Below, in pieces: positions 39,851 to 53,165 of a stretch of DNA of 64,000 nt; position 1 is the stretch's first letter, and each line of letters begins with the position of its first letter. Both the position numbers and the translations under genes were made by a program. Below the pieces are notes generated by a model. That model searched no databases. It was not told the DNA's origin and was given only the letters and a program-made list of their open reading frames with translations. The stretch is from Octopus vulgaris (taxonomy: Eukaryota). The stretch spans positions 115,878,001-115,942,000 of the forward strand of contig OX597817.1 in the NCBI GenBank assembly GCA_951406725.2. The letters run 5' to 3'.

Positions 39851-40340
39851 CGATAATAACTAATATATATATATATCATTTATTATTATATATATACATA
39901 TATATTTGTATAAATATACGTATTGACATATTCGTATGTTTGCTCTTGTATACAAGTATTATGTGTACGTATTAATACGTAAATGTCAATGTATGTGTAT
40001 TTATATACCCGTCTGGATGTAGATCTGTACCTAGGTATGTTATATTATTCCAAGCTGTACATCCATTTATATGTATGTATACGTATGCATATATATGTGT
40101 ATGTATATATACATATATACATATATAAACATATATATGCATAGATACATATATATATATATACATACACAGACAAATATATTACGTGAATATATATATA
40201 TACGGAGATGTACTCGCATAGCAAGTAATTTGATCTGAGATCGTGTGCTGAAACGAAAACAATTGCAGCGTGGAAGGTGTTTATAAGCCATTTAAGAAAC
40301 ACACAAAAGCCGTTCGATTCACTTCAACATTTAAGTTTAA

Positions 40341-40390
40341 TTTGTCAAAATATTTTCGTCGCTAAAATCCGCGACCTGTTCACAGACAAA
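40341..40390 (-). ncRNA. Minimal hammerhead-like motif, G3:C8 variant, within a pLTR-like repeat (40200-40392)
   Basis: Minus strand: tttgtct-GTGAACA-g-gtcgc(ggatttta)gcgac-GAAA-atat-TT-tgacaaa. Confidence 0.65.
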
Positions 40391-40398
40391 AATCCGTG

Positions 40399-40448
<50 letters not shown>

Positions 40449-40669
40449 CTATGTATGTACGTATTATGTATATATAATTCTGAAACAAGACTGCTGTCGG
40501 ATGTGACTTGAAGTTTCACCATTGCAAAGATGGCTTAGCTGGCCGAAACTTCGAAATCACTTTCAGCAACACTCTTGATGAAAAACGATTAATTTGTAAT
40601 CTAATGTTAAATTTGTAGTCTATTGTTTAATTTTTTTTATTGTAACTGAACATATAAACAACATGAATA

Positions 40670-40835
40670 TATATATCTGTAATATAATATGTGACCCGAG
40701 TTTCGGGTGTCGTGGAGGAAACCTACTGTGGCATCTCGTCATCAATCGAGGCAATCGTAGAGATTTCCAGAGCAGGTTTCCGCAACTCGAAGTCTTATTA
40801 TGGCAACCAGATTATTGTCACATATTATATTACAG

Positions 40836-40843
<8 letters not shown>
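40670..40843. repeat. Small element bounded by ~26-bp inverted repeats
   Basis: tatatctgtaatataatatgtgac ... gtcacatattatattacagatata. Confidence 0.7.
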
Positions 40844-40903
<60 letters not shown>

Positions 40904-41379
40904 GCATGTATGTATGTATGCATGCATGTATGCATGTATGTATGTATGTAGGTATGCAAGTATGTATGTGTAGTTAGGTGTGTACATAGGTGCGTTTATG
41001 TATATGCATGATATTTTGGGCGTGTACGGTTTATAACTACTGACGGACTGGATTTTGTATATAGTATATAGAGTATAAGTGTCACATCTATTTCACAACT
41101 ATAGAAATAGCACAAATCGATTGAGAAGTAACTGAGCGCCGTCTCGAGTGTATATAAGTATGCTAAAAGAACGGTATAACATTATAGTGAGAATCAATTT
41201 TGCAATGGATGCCAAAGGCAAGTGAAAAGAAGATATGTTTTACTAATTAGTAATCGGTAAAATCTATAAGTGTGTCGGAGCTCCAAGAAAATTACTTGAC
41301 AGGGTCCCTTGAGGAAATCACGTTTATGCAGTTAATTAGTTATAGCCTTGAGCGAGGAAACTAGTCAGCAATAGTTCCG

Positions 41380-41420
<41 letters not shown>

Positions 41421-42208
41421 GTGTGTTGGTGTGTGTGAGTTTTCTGTGTGTAGGTGTGCGTATGTGTATAGGCATATACATAGATACACTTATATGTTAG
41501 TATCCACGTGGCCTCTCTTTATATATATATATATATACATCTACAGTTTCATATGTGTACATATATACACATGTACATATATACACATGTACATATATAT
41601 ATATATACACACATATACATTCATATATTATGTACCTATATATTCATACTTACACACGCACATACACTGGCCACACACGTATATGTATGTATATATTGTA
41701 AAATGTTGTAGTTTGCCTGAGCGAATACGTTTTCTGATAGGATGTATAAAAATACAAAAATAGAAAATGATAATCAAGCTAGGATATAGCTGAATAATGT
41801 AGTAAGTGGCATACAAGGCAATAATTTGTAATGCATTATCTTCGGGTAACAAAAATCTGTTCCTCAAACCTCATAGGTCTAAAGTCGTTTGTATTCTATA
41901 TTTTATGTTCTGCAGTAGGATGATGTTTAATCTACCGGATGAGTCGATATAATGGGGTCGAAATTCGTACCCATCACTAATTATCGGTATAAGAAAGAAA
42001 AGGAATATGAGTGTCCACCGCTGCCTTCAACACTTATATACAATACAGGAATAGGGATCGTGCACTGCGCTCTGAAATTGTATTTTGTAGATACTCCTAT
42101 TATTAACTTGCAATTTAATTTGTTAGAAACAGGAACATTGTCCGCAGCGTTTCAAGACAAGATTCAAAATTGCCATTGGTATACGAAATGTGTACAATAA
42201 TGGTACAC

Positions 42209-42258
<50 letters not shown>

Positions 42259-42439
42259 ACACTGTTCAGGTGCATGATATAATAAGAGCTAAAGGTATAT
42301 GTTTAAATAAATTATGAATCTATACATAATGGCGTTTTAAGATGAATCCAAATACATAAAGGTTAACTAGGTTACAATCATATAAACTAATTATTTTTGG
42401 AGAAAAATTTAAATGCTGATAAATATTTTTGTCTACAAA

Positions 42440-42945
42440 GAATAATGACATGATTAATAAATGAATATGTGTGTCCCTTGTATCTAGTCTTAAAAGTAGT
42501 TGTACTTCCTATGTATATCATTTTTGATCCGCTAAGGGTTGAAACCTCAACTTTATATATGACATTGCTCCTTAAATAGAATCCTTTTACGGCACATAAC
42601 TCCCTGTTATGGCAATTACATGTTTTATCTCCATGCTTCGCTTTTATATTTTTAATATCAGGATTCTTATCATTATTCTTCATATTAAGGTCAGCTATAT
42701 TGTCATCCCTATCAATAATATCTATTTGTAAGTTTAAATCTATAGTTGGCTGCAATTATAGATTCTAGGTTGGGCGTGGTTGAGTACGATAATTTAAGAC
42801 AGGACCTATTAAAGACGGAATGATATTTATGGCCTAATGGGAAATTCCTGTCAATAGCACTAAAAATGAATTTTAAAATTGGGTGGTTTCTAACTCGGAG
42901 GCGAAAAAGGAGGGGGAACCAGATAATGTCCCGCTTCCGCACCGA
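42440..42945 (-). pseudogene. Naiad-clade PLE linker plus GIY-YIG fragment
   Basis: RKRDIIWF..IDRNFPLGHKYHSVFNRSCLKLSYS..N; KTCNC..C..G..L..NVIYKVEV..IYIGSTTTFKTRYKGHTYSF. Confidence 0.8.
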
Positions 42946-42969
42946 GTTGTTCTTTTTGTGCCCAATATA

Positions 42970-43034
<65 letters not shown>

Positions 43035-43545
43035 ATGAATTATACTATCTTCTATTATGGTGTCGGGGTAGGAGTGTTCAATTGATTTTAATACGGACAT
43101 ACAACCTCGCAGACACATTGATGTATTTATATATTTATACATTCTTGTAAATTTTTATAATATATGTTGCGTATATGAATGCACCTATATATGCTGTGGA
43201 GTATTCCGACGCTTTGAAATGTACTGAATGAGTACGAACACTGACCTATGAAATTTGTTCTTTCTTTCTTCGTTTTAAATTCCTGAGGCTCTATTAGAGC
43301 GCTAATTAGTTGTGCTGTATAAGGGGATAATTATCCCATATATTTCTTCATTATATATATATATATATAAAGTATATACATGTATATATGTATAATGTAT
43401 ATACATGTATATATATATGTACATGTATACATATATATACATACGAATACATACGCTCACAAATACACACATATATACGCACATATACATATATATACAC
43501 TCATGCACACATATATATATACATATGTCTACACACACACACACG

Positions 43546-43589
<44 letters not shown>

Positions 43590-44357
43590 CAGTAATCCCT
43601 CGAAATAGGAGTTAATTTGTTCCCGGTGGCCGCTTGTAAAGCAAAATCTCGTAAAGTAGAGCAATAATTTTCGCATAGCAGCAATGTTATAAGTTGTAAC
43701 TTAAAATTCAGGGTATAATTTTAAGTTTTACCCTTAAATTTTCCACACTCACATTTATCCCCTTTTCCCTCGTATAGTATTAACCTTCTCCCACCCATTG
43801 TCTTTATAATTTATAAAACTTGTAATTAAATATGTTGTAAAGCGGTCTTTTACCACTTATGTATCTGTCTTTTCACGACGGTTGTACACCAGGCATATGT
43901 ATCACAACCATATGTGTGCAAAATGGTGTTCTCGTATCAAGGTAAACACGCATGATCTTGCAAGAGGGACTCGGCTAGAAATGGTTTCACGTAGAGTAGC
44001 CCATATCGCCCAAAAGGCCCCTGAATAAGGGTTGTTTAAGGACATTGAACGAAACACAAGTTTCCAGAGCTGAATTATTCAAATCTCAAACAATTCTTCC
44101 TAACACATGGCCATGATCCTCCCATACTTTTGCTCATGATTAGAGACTCATATATTGTCTGCCCCTAAGAGACATATTCAACTGGTTAAGGTCAAGCAAC
44201 TAACAAGCAAATCTGTGGTAAGGACCAAAATATTTGCTCTAGCCACCTTTTGTAGCAAGACAAAACGTACATGATAACACTTCCAATCGGTTAAGATCAG
44301 GAGCCATGGGAGTCAGTGCTTGGTACTGCATCAGGGTACTCGTTATTACTATTACTA

Positions 44358-44458
<101 letters not shown>

Positions 44459-44461
44459 TTA

Positions 44462-44860
44462 AGGCGGCGAGCTAGCAGAATCTTTAGCACGCCGCCGGAC
44501 GGAATGCTTAGCAGTATTTCGTCTACCGCTACGTTCTGAGTTCAAATTCCTCTGAAGTCGACTTTGCCTTTAATCATTTCGATGTCGATAAATTAAGTAA
44601 CAGTTACGCATTGGGGTCGAAGTAATCTCCTATCCCCCTCCCTCAAATTTCAGCACTTGTGCCTATATTAGAAAAGATTATTATTATTATTGGTCATTTT
44701 ATCCGTTATTACTTTCTGAGTTCAAATTCCGCCGAGGTCGACTTTGCCTTTCATCCTTTCGTGGTCGATAAATTAAGTACCAGTTACGCTCTGAGGTCGA
44801 TATAATCGTCTGGCCCCCTCCCCCCATATTTCGGGCTTTGTGGCTAGAGTAGAAAAAGAT
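44462..44860 (+). mobile_element. Two SINE family A units
   Basis: Same consensus as 26093-26920. Confidence 0.8.
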
Positions 44861-47800
44861 ATTCATTTTGTACGTCTTATCTGAAATTATTCCGATCAAA
44901 GTATGTAGTTTAAGTAATACATATACCAGAAGGGTCAATTTAATACTTGAGTCACAAAAAAACTGAAACAAAATATTGAAGGAACCAAAACGAAAGAGTC
45001 TAAAATAGTCTTGCACAATTTTAAGGTTAATTAGCTAAATGAAACATAACTAATGAAACAAAACAATCTGAATGGAGTCAGGCTATATGCTGAAATTTAC
45101 AGTGCGATTTTGCTACAACCATGATACAAAACTAACTAAATGCGTTGTTTACAAGTAGCATAATCTAAAATGAGTTCACTCCAAATGTAAAGGCCTGTTG
45201 TTTATCGTTTGCCTTCAAAAAATAACTGGGAGGTAGAGAACGTTGGATAATTTGAACACTACACTCATACGTTATAGTCCTGTTATACACAAAATAGCGA
45301 TGCGACAAAAACAGGCCCTATAAAGAAGACAACACATGCATATATAAGAGCTGATTGAAAACATGTGAATTGAGGAAAATAACACTGCGAACACTTTTGT
45401 GAATGTACAGATATTTATAATGAATAATAACTAGATTGCTAAAGGAAAATGAAACAGAAAATATCTTAGGAACAATATTCACTGAAAAAGAAAAACTGCA
45501 AACACTTAAGGAAATGATCACCAAGGAAATTATCACAATAGAATCCTAACATATAAAACTGATAGTAATCCATAAAAGAAAAGAATTACCTCATATATAA
45601 TAACCGGTCCTAAAATACAATGAAAATACTACCGTGCCTATCACACATGAAACAGACAAGGCGTTACAGCAAAGAAAACAGCAAAAAACAATTCATAGAA
45701 TAATATGAAAAATTGGTGAAGATTACGAAGAATCCCAATGGAAACATTCAAGCAAGTACAACAAATACGATTCATTGCTACTGGAATTGAATATAGAACA
45801 AGAATCTTCGACACAATAAAAATAAACAATGAATCAGAGACAAAGAGAAGTGTAAAATGTAATAACGTAGATAGCAGAGCCTATTATAAACGGAAAAGTA
45901 CTCATTCGCATATTAACAACCACATATAAATGAAGAGATCCAACGGTTGATAACTTCTACAATTGTCACTAAATACCTCTCATCAATGATATATGGAAAC
46001 AGCATTCATTGAACTCGTAAGTAGACTAGAAAAACACATGTAAAGGTTTTCTGGTGGTAGGGAATAAAATCAGCTAATGCAAAAATAGCAGAGATTTCCA
46101 CCTCCACTAAAACAAATATCAAGAAAAGAAACGAATAAATGGATAAATTATTCAAATACATAACCGTATATAGAGTTAAACATAATATAGGAGAGAAAAA
46201 ATCAATCTTATAATAATAGTATGCTGGCAATATTTGAGAAATAGATATTTAAAGAAATTCGTTACTAAAAATTACACCACTATAATACCAAGCTACTAAA
46301 AATGGCAGTAGAAAGCTCATTAATGGTATTAGAATGCTTTCAGTACAATAGAAAATATAGAACCAAGCCAGAGCATTATGCAAGCCTCGGAGTATTATTT
46401 CGCTGTTAAATAATGGTACTCAAAATTAAATTAATACATATTATTTAGAAGAGAGTGGCTTGCCGACAAACTCGGGCTTGGCATTTTGCTCTTTGCTGAC
46501 CCCAAGTCGGATGAAATTGCTGAAGTAGACAGCAACAAAAACAAGACTATGTCAAAGAATAGACTTTTCAGAATCAACGTAAGGATATTTTACCTATAGC
46601 TGAACAATGAAATGTAGCATCAGGAGAATGGTGTGCTAAATGCAGAAACAGCTGGGAACTTGGGTAATATTTGTCAAGTTTCATTCTTTTAAAAATAAAA
46701 CTCAGACATTATAGGCAGTCAGGTGCATCCCACTTCGGAAATGGTTTCTATTAATTTCAAAGTTTTTAATTTTCAATCTCGGCGCAGGAAGTGGGATGGA
46801 AAAGTTGATAAGAATCTTTGACCGTCTTTGTGTTTAATGTCACCTGGTGCATGTCGCACTGAAAATATAAACGAAACCACATAGAAATGAGGGGCTAGAA
46901 TTTTGAAAGCAGCGATTCCAACGGTAGTTGGCATGATTGTTCACCACAAGAATACGCTAAACTACCTCTTATATCATATTTTCAATTTCTTTTCTTCTGT
47001 CGAGTAAATCCTCAAAATAGTCTTTGATATCATACAACCTCGACGTTGCATTAACTTCCACTTCGCTTCCATTATGGAGTATACTTCTGGACACTGCTGT
47101 AGTTTTCCGGGTCTCGACAAAGCCTCACCACTTTGAAGCACATATTTTTACAATTTGACTCTGCTCTCAATATTTGCTTGCCTGATACCACATGTAATTC
47201 TATTCGTTCGATTGTTGCTGGATTTTACATTTGACTTATTGCTGGATTTATACTATGAAAACTTTCTTTAGAATGATCTGCCTTGCAGGAACTATAGCTA
47301 CTTTTCATAAATAAAACTTTCCCACGATGTCATATACGTATTCTACATCCACGGAACAGACATCTTACAATACATCGGATAAATTTACTTCTTGGTCCTC
47401 TTTCGAGGGGATATACAAAGTAGCTTTTTACAAAAGAATTGATTTTTTTTGGTAAATTCCTTAAGTAAGAATGAACTGTCATCAGTAAAACACCTGTGCC
47501 ATATTTTACTTATGGCTGCAATTTATAATAATCTTTATGATATTTTTACTGTCCACGAAGTACAAATTTTAGCACATTTCTTTCAATTTTGGTTTTCAAA
47601 TATCAAATCTTTGCATATGTAATAGTTTTTGTTTCAAGTCTTTCTCTGTTCTACTTTGTTCTTTTCAAATATGTATATTTTCAAAGCAAGGGCAAAGAAG
47701 TGAATGTTCCGACCTCTGTAACCTCTGTCAGTATCATATTTGTGGCTATTCGTATAATGAATAAGTAATACGAATTACAGTCATTCACAAATGCCACAAC

Positions 47801-48067
47801 AACAGTAGTAATAAAATTACCAATGGCAAGCTGAAAGATGCAAAATACAATATCAAGAGCATTCAGATGAATTGTGTATAAGAAGATTTTAAATGAATTT
47901 GAGAAATGTGACCTCTACAATTCATGAAATTCATCCTTAGATTTAGACAACATACGTTTGGTGATACTGTTCTATATTTAAGAGATAAGGAATTATGTAC
48001 ATTATTTATATTATTTACATTCGACGGATATTTGTCCTCGTCTTGCTTGTTGCCAACAACCGTTTCG

Positions 48068-49730
48068 CTATCAAAAGACTACAGAGTGACAATTCCATCA
48101 TAATACTTCCAGCGGACAAGGGAAATGCTACAGTGGTGATGAACAAGTCTGACTATTCTGAAAAATTGGCAAGTCTTATAAGTGATGGTAGCTACAGCAA
48201 AGTAAAGAAAGATCCAACTCTGAAAGCAGAGAGGAAGTTGTCACAGATCTTGATCAAGAACAAGGATCACTTTACACCAATGAAGTACAGACAACTGACT
48301 CAACACCACAGTAAACTACCACAGTAAACTACCACACAGGTACGGTCTCCATAAAATTCAAAAGGATGGTATTCCATTAAGACCTAGAGTGAGCTGTAGA
48401 GGTTCAGCATTTCATCCACTGAGCCGCTTCCTTGTTGATATAATTAGTCCATTAGCAGGAAAATCAACATCGTACGTAAAGAATTCCACCCACTTCACAG
48501 AATTGATCAAGGATACCTCCATTGAATACAACCAGATGGTGAGTCTAGATGTGATAAGCCTTTTCACCAAAGTCACAAATGGTGAGGCATTATCGGTGAT
48601 ACAAGAAAAGCTAGTGACAGACACCCATCTAAAAGAACGCTCTAGTATGCCAATAAGAAACTTGATGGAAATATTGACCTTCTGTGTAGAAACTACCTAC
48701 TTCAGTTTGGACACGGATTTATATCGACAAGGGGAGGGTTTAGCTATGGGTTTGCCATTATCACAGGTAATATCCAATATATATATGGAATAATTGGAAA
48801 ATTTGGCTTTAGGATTAACACCACTAAAACCGACACTATGGCTACGATATGTTGAGGACACCAAGATGTCCAAGTGCTGTTAGGTCATGTAAACTCAATG
48901 AAGCCATCCATACAGTTCAAATGGAAAAAGACAATCAGCTGGCATTCCTGGACGTATTAATAACACACACCAAGTATGGATTCAGGACATCCGTATACCG
49001 CAAGCTGACCTTTACTGAACGATACCTCAACTTCATTATCTACCATCCATACAGTGTAAAGAGAGGGATTGCTCAGTGCCTAAAACATCGTACAAAGAAT
49101 ATAAGTAGCGCTCGTGATACACACCACGAAGAAATGATCAAGCTCAATAACGATCTGTTAAGCAGCAACTACCCCCAAAAGTATACTATTCACTTCAATT
49201 GTGAGGAAAACAGAGGATGAGGCCAATAAACTGTCCACAGTATGTCTACTTTATGTGAAAGGCCTCTCCGAAAAGATACAAAAGATATGTGGCTAATATG
49301 ACATCAGGACAGAATTCAAGAGTACTATAACACTTCGCAAATATCTCCTTCGAGTAAAACCACCAATAGAAGAGAATATAACCAAAGACTGCGTGCATTC
49401 CATTTCATGCAGCTGTGATAGGTTATACAAAGGCGAAACATGCCACCTCCTCAGAAAAGGATAGTCGAACGTTGCAAAGCTGTGACACGAGGAGATATTG
49501 ATAAATCGGGTATATCTGATCATGTATGGGAAAATAGAGACCACCTCCCCCTGAGGGATGAAGGTAAAATTATAGACAGAGAATACCACTGGAAAATACG
49601 AAAACTAAAAGAAGCAGCACATATGCTAGGACACAACAACCTCAGAAGCAGACCGAGTGCAGATATGAGCACCATATGGGAACCAGTATTAAGGAAGGAT
49701 AGAAAAAATATTAGATTTATAAGCCCTTAA
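48068..49730 (+). pseudogene. PLE RT plus GIY-YIG, disrupted
   Basis: IILPADKGNATVVM; YGLHKIQKDGIPLRP; VSLDVISLFTKV; YRQGEGLAMGLPLS; WLRYVEDT; LAFLDVLI; VYRK..YLNF..HP; CSCDRLYKGET; RKLKEA. A 13-bp duplication near 48305-48332 causes a frameshift. Confidence 0.92.
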
Positions 49731-49751
49731 ATTCATTCCATAATTGTCCAC

Positions 49752-49825
49752 GGGAATACGGCGTAGTGGTTAAGAGCGCGGGTTACTAACCCCAAGATTC
49801 TGGGTTCGATTCCAAGCAGTCATTT
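49752..49825 (+). promoter_or_regulatory. tRNA-like module (Pol III A/B boxes) in the PLE 3' repeat
   Basis: cggcgtagtgg ... ggg(ttactaa)ccc ... ggttcgattcc. Confidence 0.75.
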
Positions 49826-49896
49826 CAACAATAATGATAATAATAACATCAAAAAATACCTTTGGAATGAGGACCCAGGTTCGAAATTTCCCAAAA

Positions 49897-49940
49897 ACAC
49901 CTGAAGAAGGCTGGACGGTATGTCAGCCGAAACGTTGTGT
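49897..49940 (+). ncRNA. Minimal type I hammerhead ribozyme motif
   Basis: acac-CTGAAGA-a-ggctg(gacggtatgt)cagcc-GAAA-cg-TT-gtgt. The core is intact and stem III is the palindrome ACGT. Confidence 0.8.
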
Positions 49941-50114
49941 AATGTATACTTTTGCTGGGAATTCGTTTTTGTCATCAATATATTATGTCTTTTTGTGCAA
50001 ACATGATATTTAATCACTTGCTGCGGAGTAAACTTGGAGTCACACTCTTTTCGAAACAATATCATACATATTTATACAAGTTTTCCCTTATTTTCGATAT
50101 TCTTTTCTAAACTT

Positions 50115-50312
50115 AGGCACAAAACCCGAAGTTTTGGAGGAGGGGGCCAGTCGATTAGATCTACCCCACTACACAACTCGTACTTAATTTATCGGCCCCG
50201 AAAGGATGAAAGGCAAAGCCGACTTCGGGGAATTTGAACTCAGAATGTAAAGACAGATGAAATACCGCTAAACATTTCACTCGGAGTGCTAACATTTCTG
50301 CCAGCTCACCGC
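50115..50312 (-). mobile_element. SINE family A
   Basis: Reverse complement of the family consensus (ccccgaaaggatgaaaggcaaag, aatttgaactcagaa). Confidence 0.8.
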
Positions 50313-51123
50313 TCTCCTTATTTTCAATATTGCAACATATACAGACAAGAAGGTACAAATTCAGTTTGCTATAAAGTACTTTCTTACAGAGTGACTGAAA
50401 GTTTTTTGTTTGAAAAAAGTATTTTCTTACAGAGTGACTGTAGTTTTTTGTTTGAATTTTTCAGATGAAATATGTTCGTAGAGAAAACCATTTCGCTACG
50501 TAGCGTGACAAACATTACACAGTATTATAATTCTGTAGAAATAATAGACTATGATTTTGCTGTTGATTTGTAGATAGCAGTGAGTTAGTGACAGTTATTA
50601 GAATTTCGACTGCAGGAATAGCGTAGAACAGGCTAAAATTGTTGAAGTCGAGTTCTCTGTCCGCTTCAAATATTATAGATTATCACATTTTATATTTTAA
50701 AATTGGCTTTAATGTATTGAAAATACATATATATTTCGTTCACCATTTGTTTCGTGTTAGATGCGCACAATTTGTATAACAATAAGAATGGAAAGAGAAA
50801 ATGAATAAATTTGGGCAATACTGAACGTATAAAGACGTTCTAAGCAGGAAATGCAAGAAAAGATGGTTTTAGGTCGATTTCTTTTTACCATTAACAAGAT
50901 TCAATGGTCTATAAAGTATCTAAGAGCTATTTGAATGCAGTTTCTTACTAGATTTATCAAATATCTTTGTTGTATATCTTTCAAACATTTCATACGCATT
51001 CCAATAAATGATTCTAGAGAAATATCTATCTGAGAAGAATCAAAAATATGTCTGTAACTGCCAAACATTTATCGTAGTGTATTATTGATTAAGAACATAG
51101 GTTTATTATTATTATTATTATTA

Positions 51124-51239
<116 letters not shown>

Positions 51240-52379
51240 GTTGTTGATGCTGTTGTTGTTATTGTTGTTGTTGCTGTTGTTGTTATTCTTAAGATGTCGA
51301 GCTAGCAGAAGCGTTAGCAATTTGCACATAATATTGAACAACAATTCTTCCCCGTCTTTAAGTTCCGAGTTCATATTCCGCCAGAAAAATGACAAGCAAG
51401 TCAAAGAGAACATTGAAATAAATATAACTTCCATGTACGCATCAACACAATCTAAGAAAGACTCTTCGGTCATGAATGACTAAGGGATTATTCTCTTTGT
51501 GGAAATATTAATTTAAGGGCAGGATTTCTTCCATCACGCAGAGTAAACCGTTTGTCGTAAAAACTGTGTCAATGTAGATCATATCAGTGTCCGCTGAAGT
51601 GGTATTTTTATAGATAGTGTAGCGGGGGTACTTGCATGTTATTTTATGGTTGAAATAGGTACGCAAATGTTCTCACTACAAATGGATCCCAGGCTTGTGA
51701 AAAGTTGATTTGAAGGAGGAGAAACTGAACGTATATGCATATATTGTTTCTTAGCTAATTCACGGCATCCATGTTAGAATATATTTAAATCCTTCGCTGT
51801 ATCCTAACATATACACATACAAGCACACACACACATGTTGTAAACTAACTTATAAACGCCGCATGTGACAACATAATGCTACTCGATCCTCTAAGCTGTT
51901 CTCACAACTCTCTTGTGTTCACGAATTCCTTTATCTCCTATAGACTACTCACACACGCAGCGCTGATAAATTTATTTACAAAATGTTCTCACATTATAAT
52001 TAGAAGGAATTTTTTTTATCAGGAGTCACTTAGTTAAAGGGTTTAGCGCGTTTAGCCGGAAATTGATATGTGCCCCGTTCGAATCTTTGTGGAGGTTTGC
52101 CGATCCCTTTTTCTGGCGTCTTCTAAAGGCGTATTTACCCGATTCTGTAAGCTGTCCTCACAGCTTTCCTGCTTTTGCGAATTTCTTTATTTGCTGTGTA
52201 TATATTTATGCATACACACATTTGTATACATAGAGACTACCTACGAAAGTAAAATATAAGTTGGCACAACTTTTTCATTAACTAACATAAGTCCTTCAAA
52301 TTCAGATGTTGCCGAAGTAATTCCAGCTGAAAGGAACTTTTTTCCTGTTCTTCCCTGCAACCATGAAAAGGATTCCACT

Positions 52380-53165
52380 TAGAAGCTATATGCTATTTTT
52401 GAGTTCTTAAAAATGCAGAAGTGCAAGCTGGTAATACACTCAGAAGGTTACGAAGTTTTTACAACATTAGCAACAACAATGTGCACAGATGAATGAAGAA
52501 AGTAAAATAAGTGGAAACCAGCATTTAAGAGACACCGGGAGAGTTTCAATTAAAACCACTAACACAAATCACCATCGAAAACGAACTGATTCGCGCGGAT
52601 ATAGGAACTACAGTCCTTGTGCTCGCTGTACAACTGGACTGTAGACGCATTACATTGGAAAGTTTGCAAAAAATGGGTATCTGAGCCAGCGAGGTAAAAA
52701 GCTGTCCTGACCTGCTGGAGGCTTTTGAAAATAAAGATGCAGTGCTTCTGATCTGATTGTACGGGAGAGATCATCGAAGTAAATTTATGATCCAGGGATA
52801 AAGGCTATGTACATGGAATTGAATTGTTCCTCTTGTATCGGTTGTAAGATGTTCAAGAGTTTGCGTTTGGCAACGACTATTTTGGAGGGGGAAAAGGTTA
52901 TCGATCTTTTTGATTTCCCGGAACGTGGCGGTACCATAAAGAGTCAGTGGTGCACAGAAGCACTCAAAAAGCTAAGAAAGGCCATTAGGGAAAATACTCC
53001 GAACATGAGTCTGAAAATGGTGCCTATTCATCGTGACAAATATTTGAAAATAAATCTAGTAACTACCAAATAGTAATGTTCAATGACACACCACCATAGA
53101 CCGTACAGACGGAGTCTGTTGACGTCTGACTTGTTCCTATTTGGACCAATAAAGAACATTTTCGT
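52380..53165 (+). pseudogene. Highly degraded mariner transposase
   Basis: YDP; DLFDFPERGGTIKSQWCTEALKKLRKAIRE..IHRD; HRPYRRSLLTSDLFLFG, which resembles HPPYSPDLAPSDF.LF. Confidence 0.7.

Larger units (their letters stand above)
47969..49940 (+). mobile_element. 5'-truncated Penelope/Poseidon-type PLE with an inverted 5' tail and a tRNA+hammerhead pLTR
   Basis: Inverted tail at 47969-48067, coding relic at 48068-49730, pLTR at 49752-49940. Confidence 0.9.

Noticed and set aside
41340-41380. GAAA-ctag-TC hammerhead half-motif (similar relics near 2190, 31455, 40545 and 58845)
   Set aside because: The CUGANGA box is missing or too degenerate to support a call.
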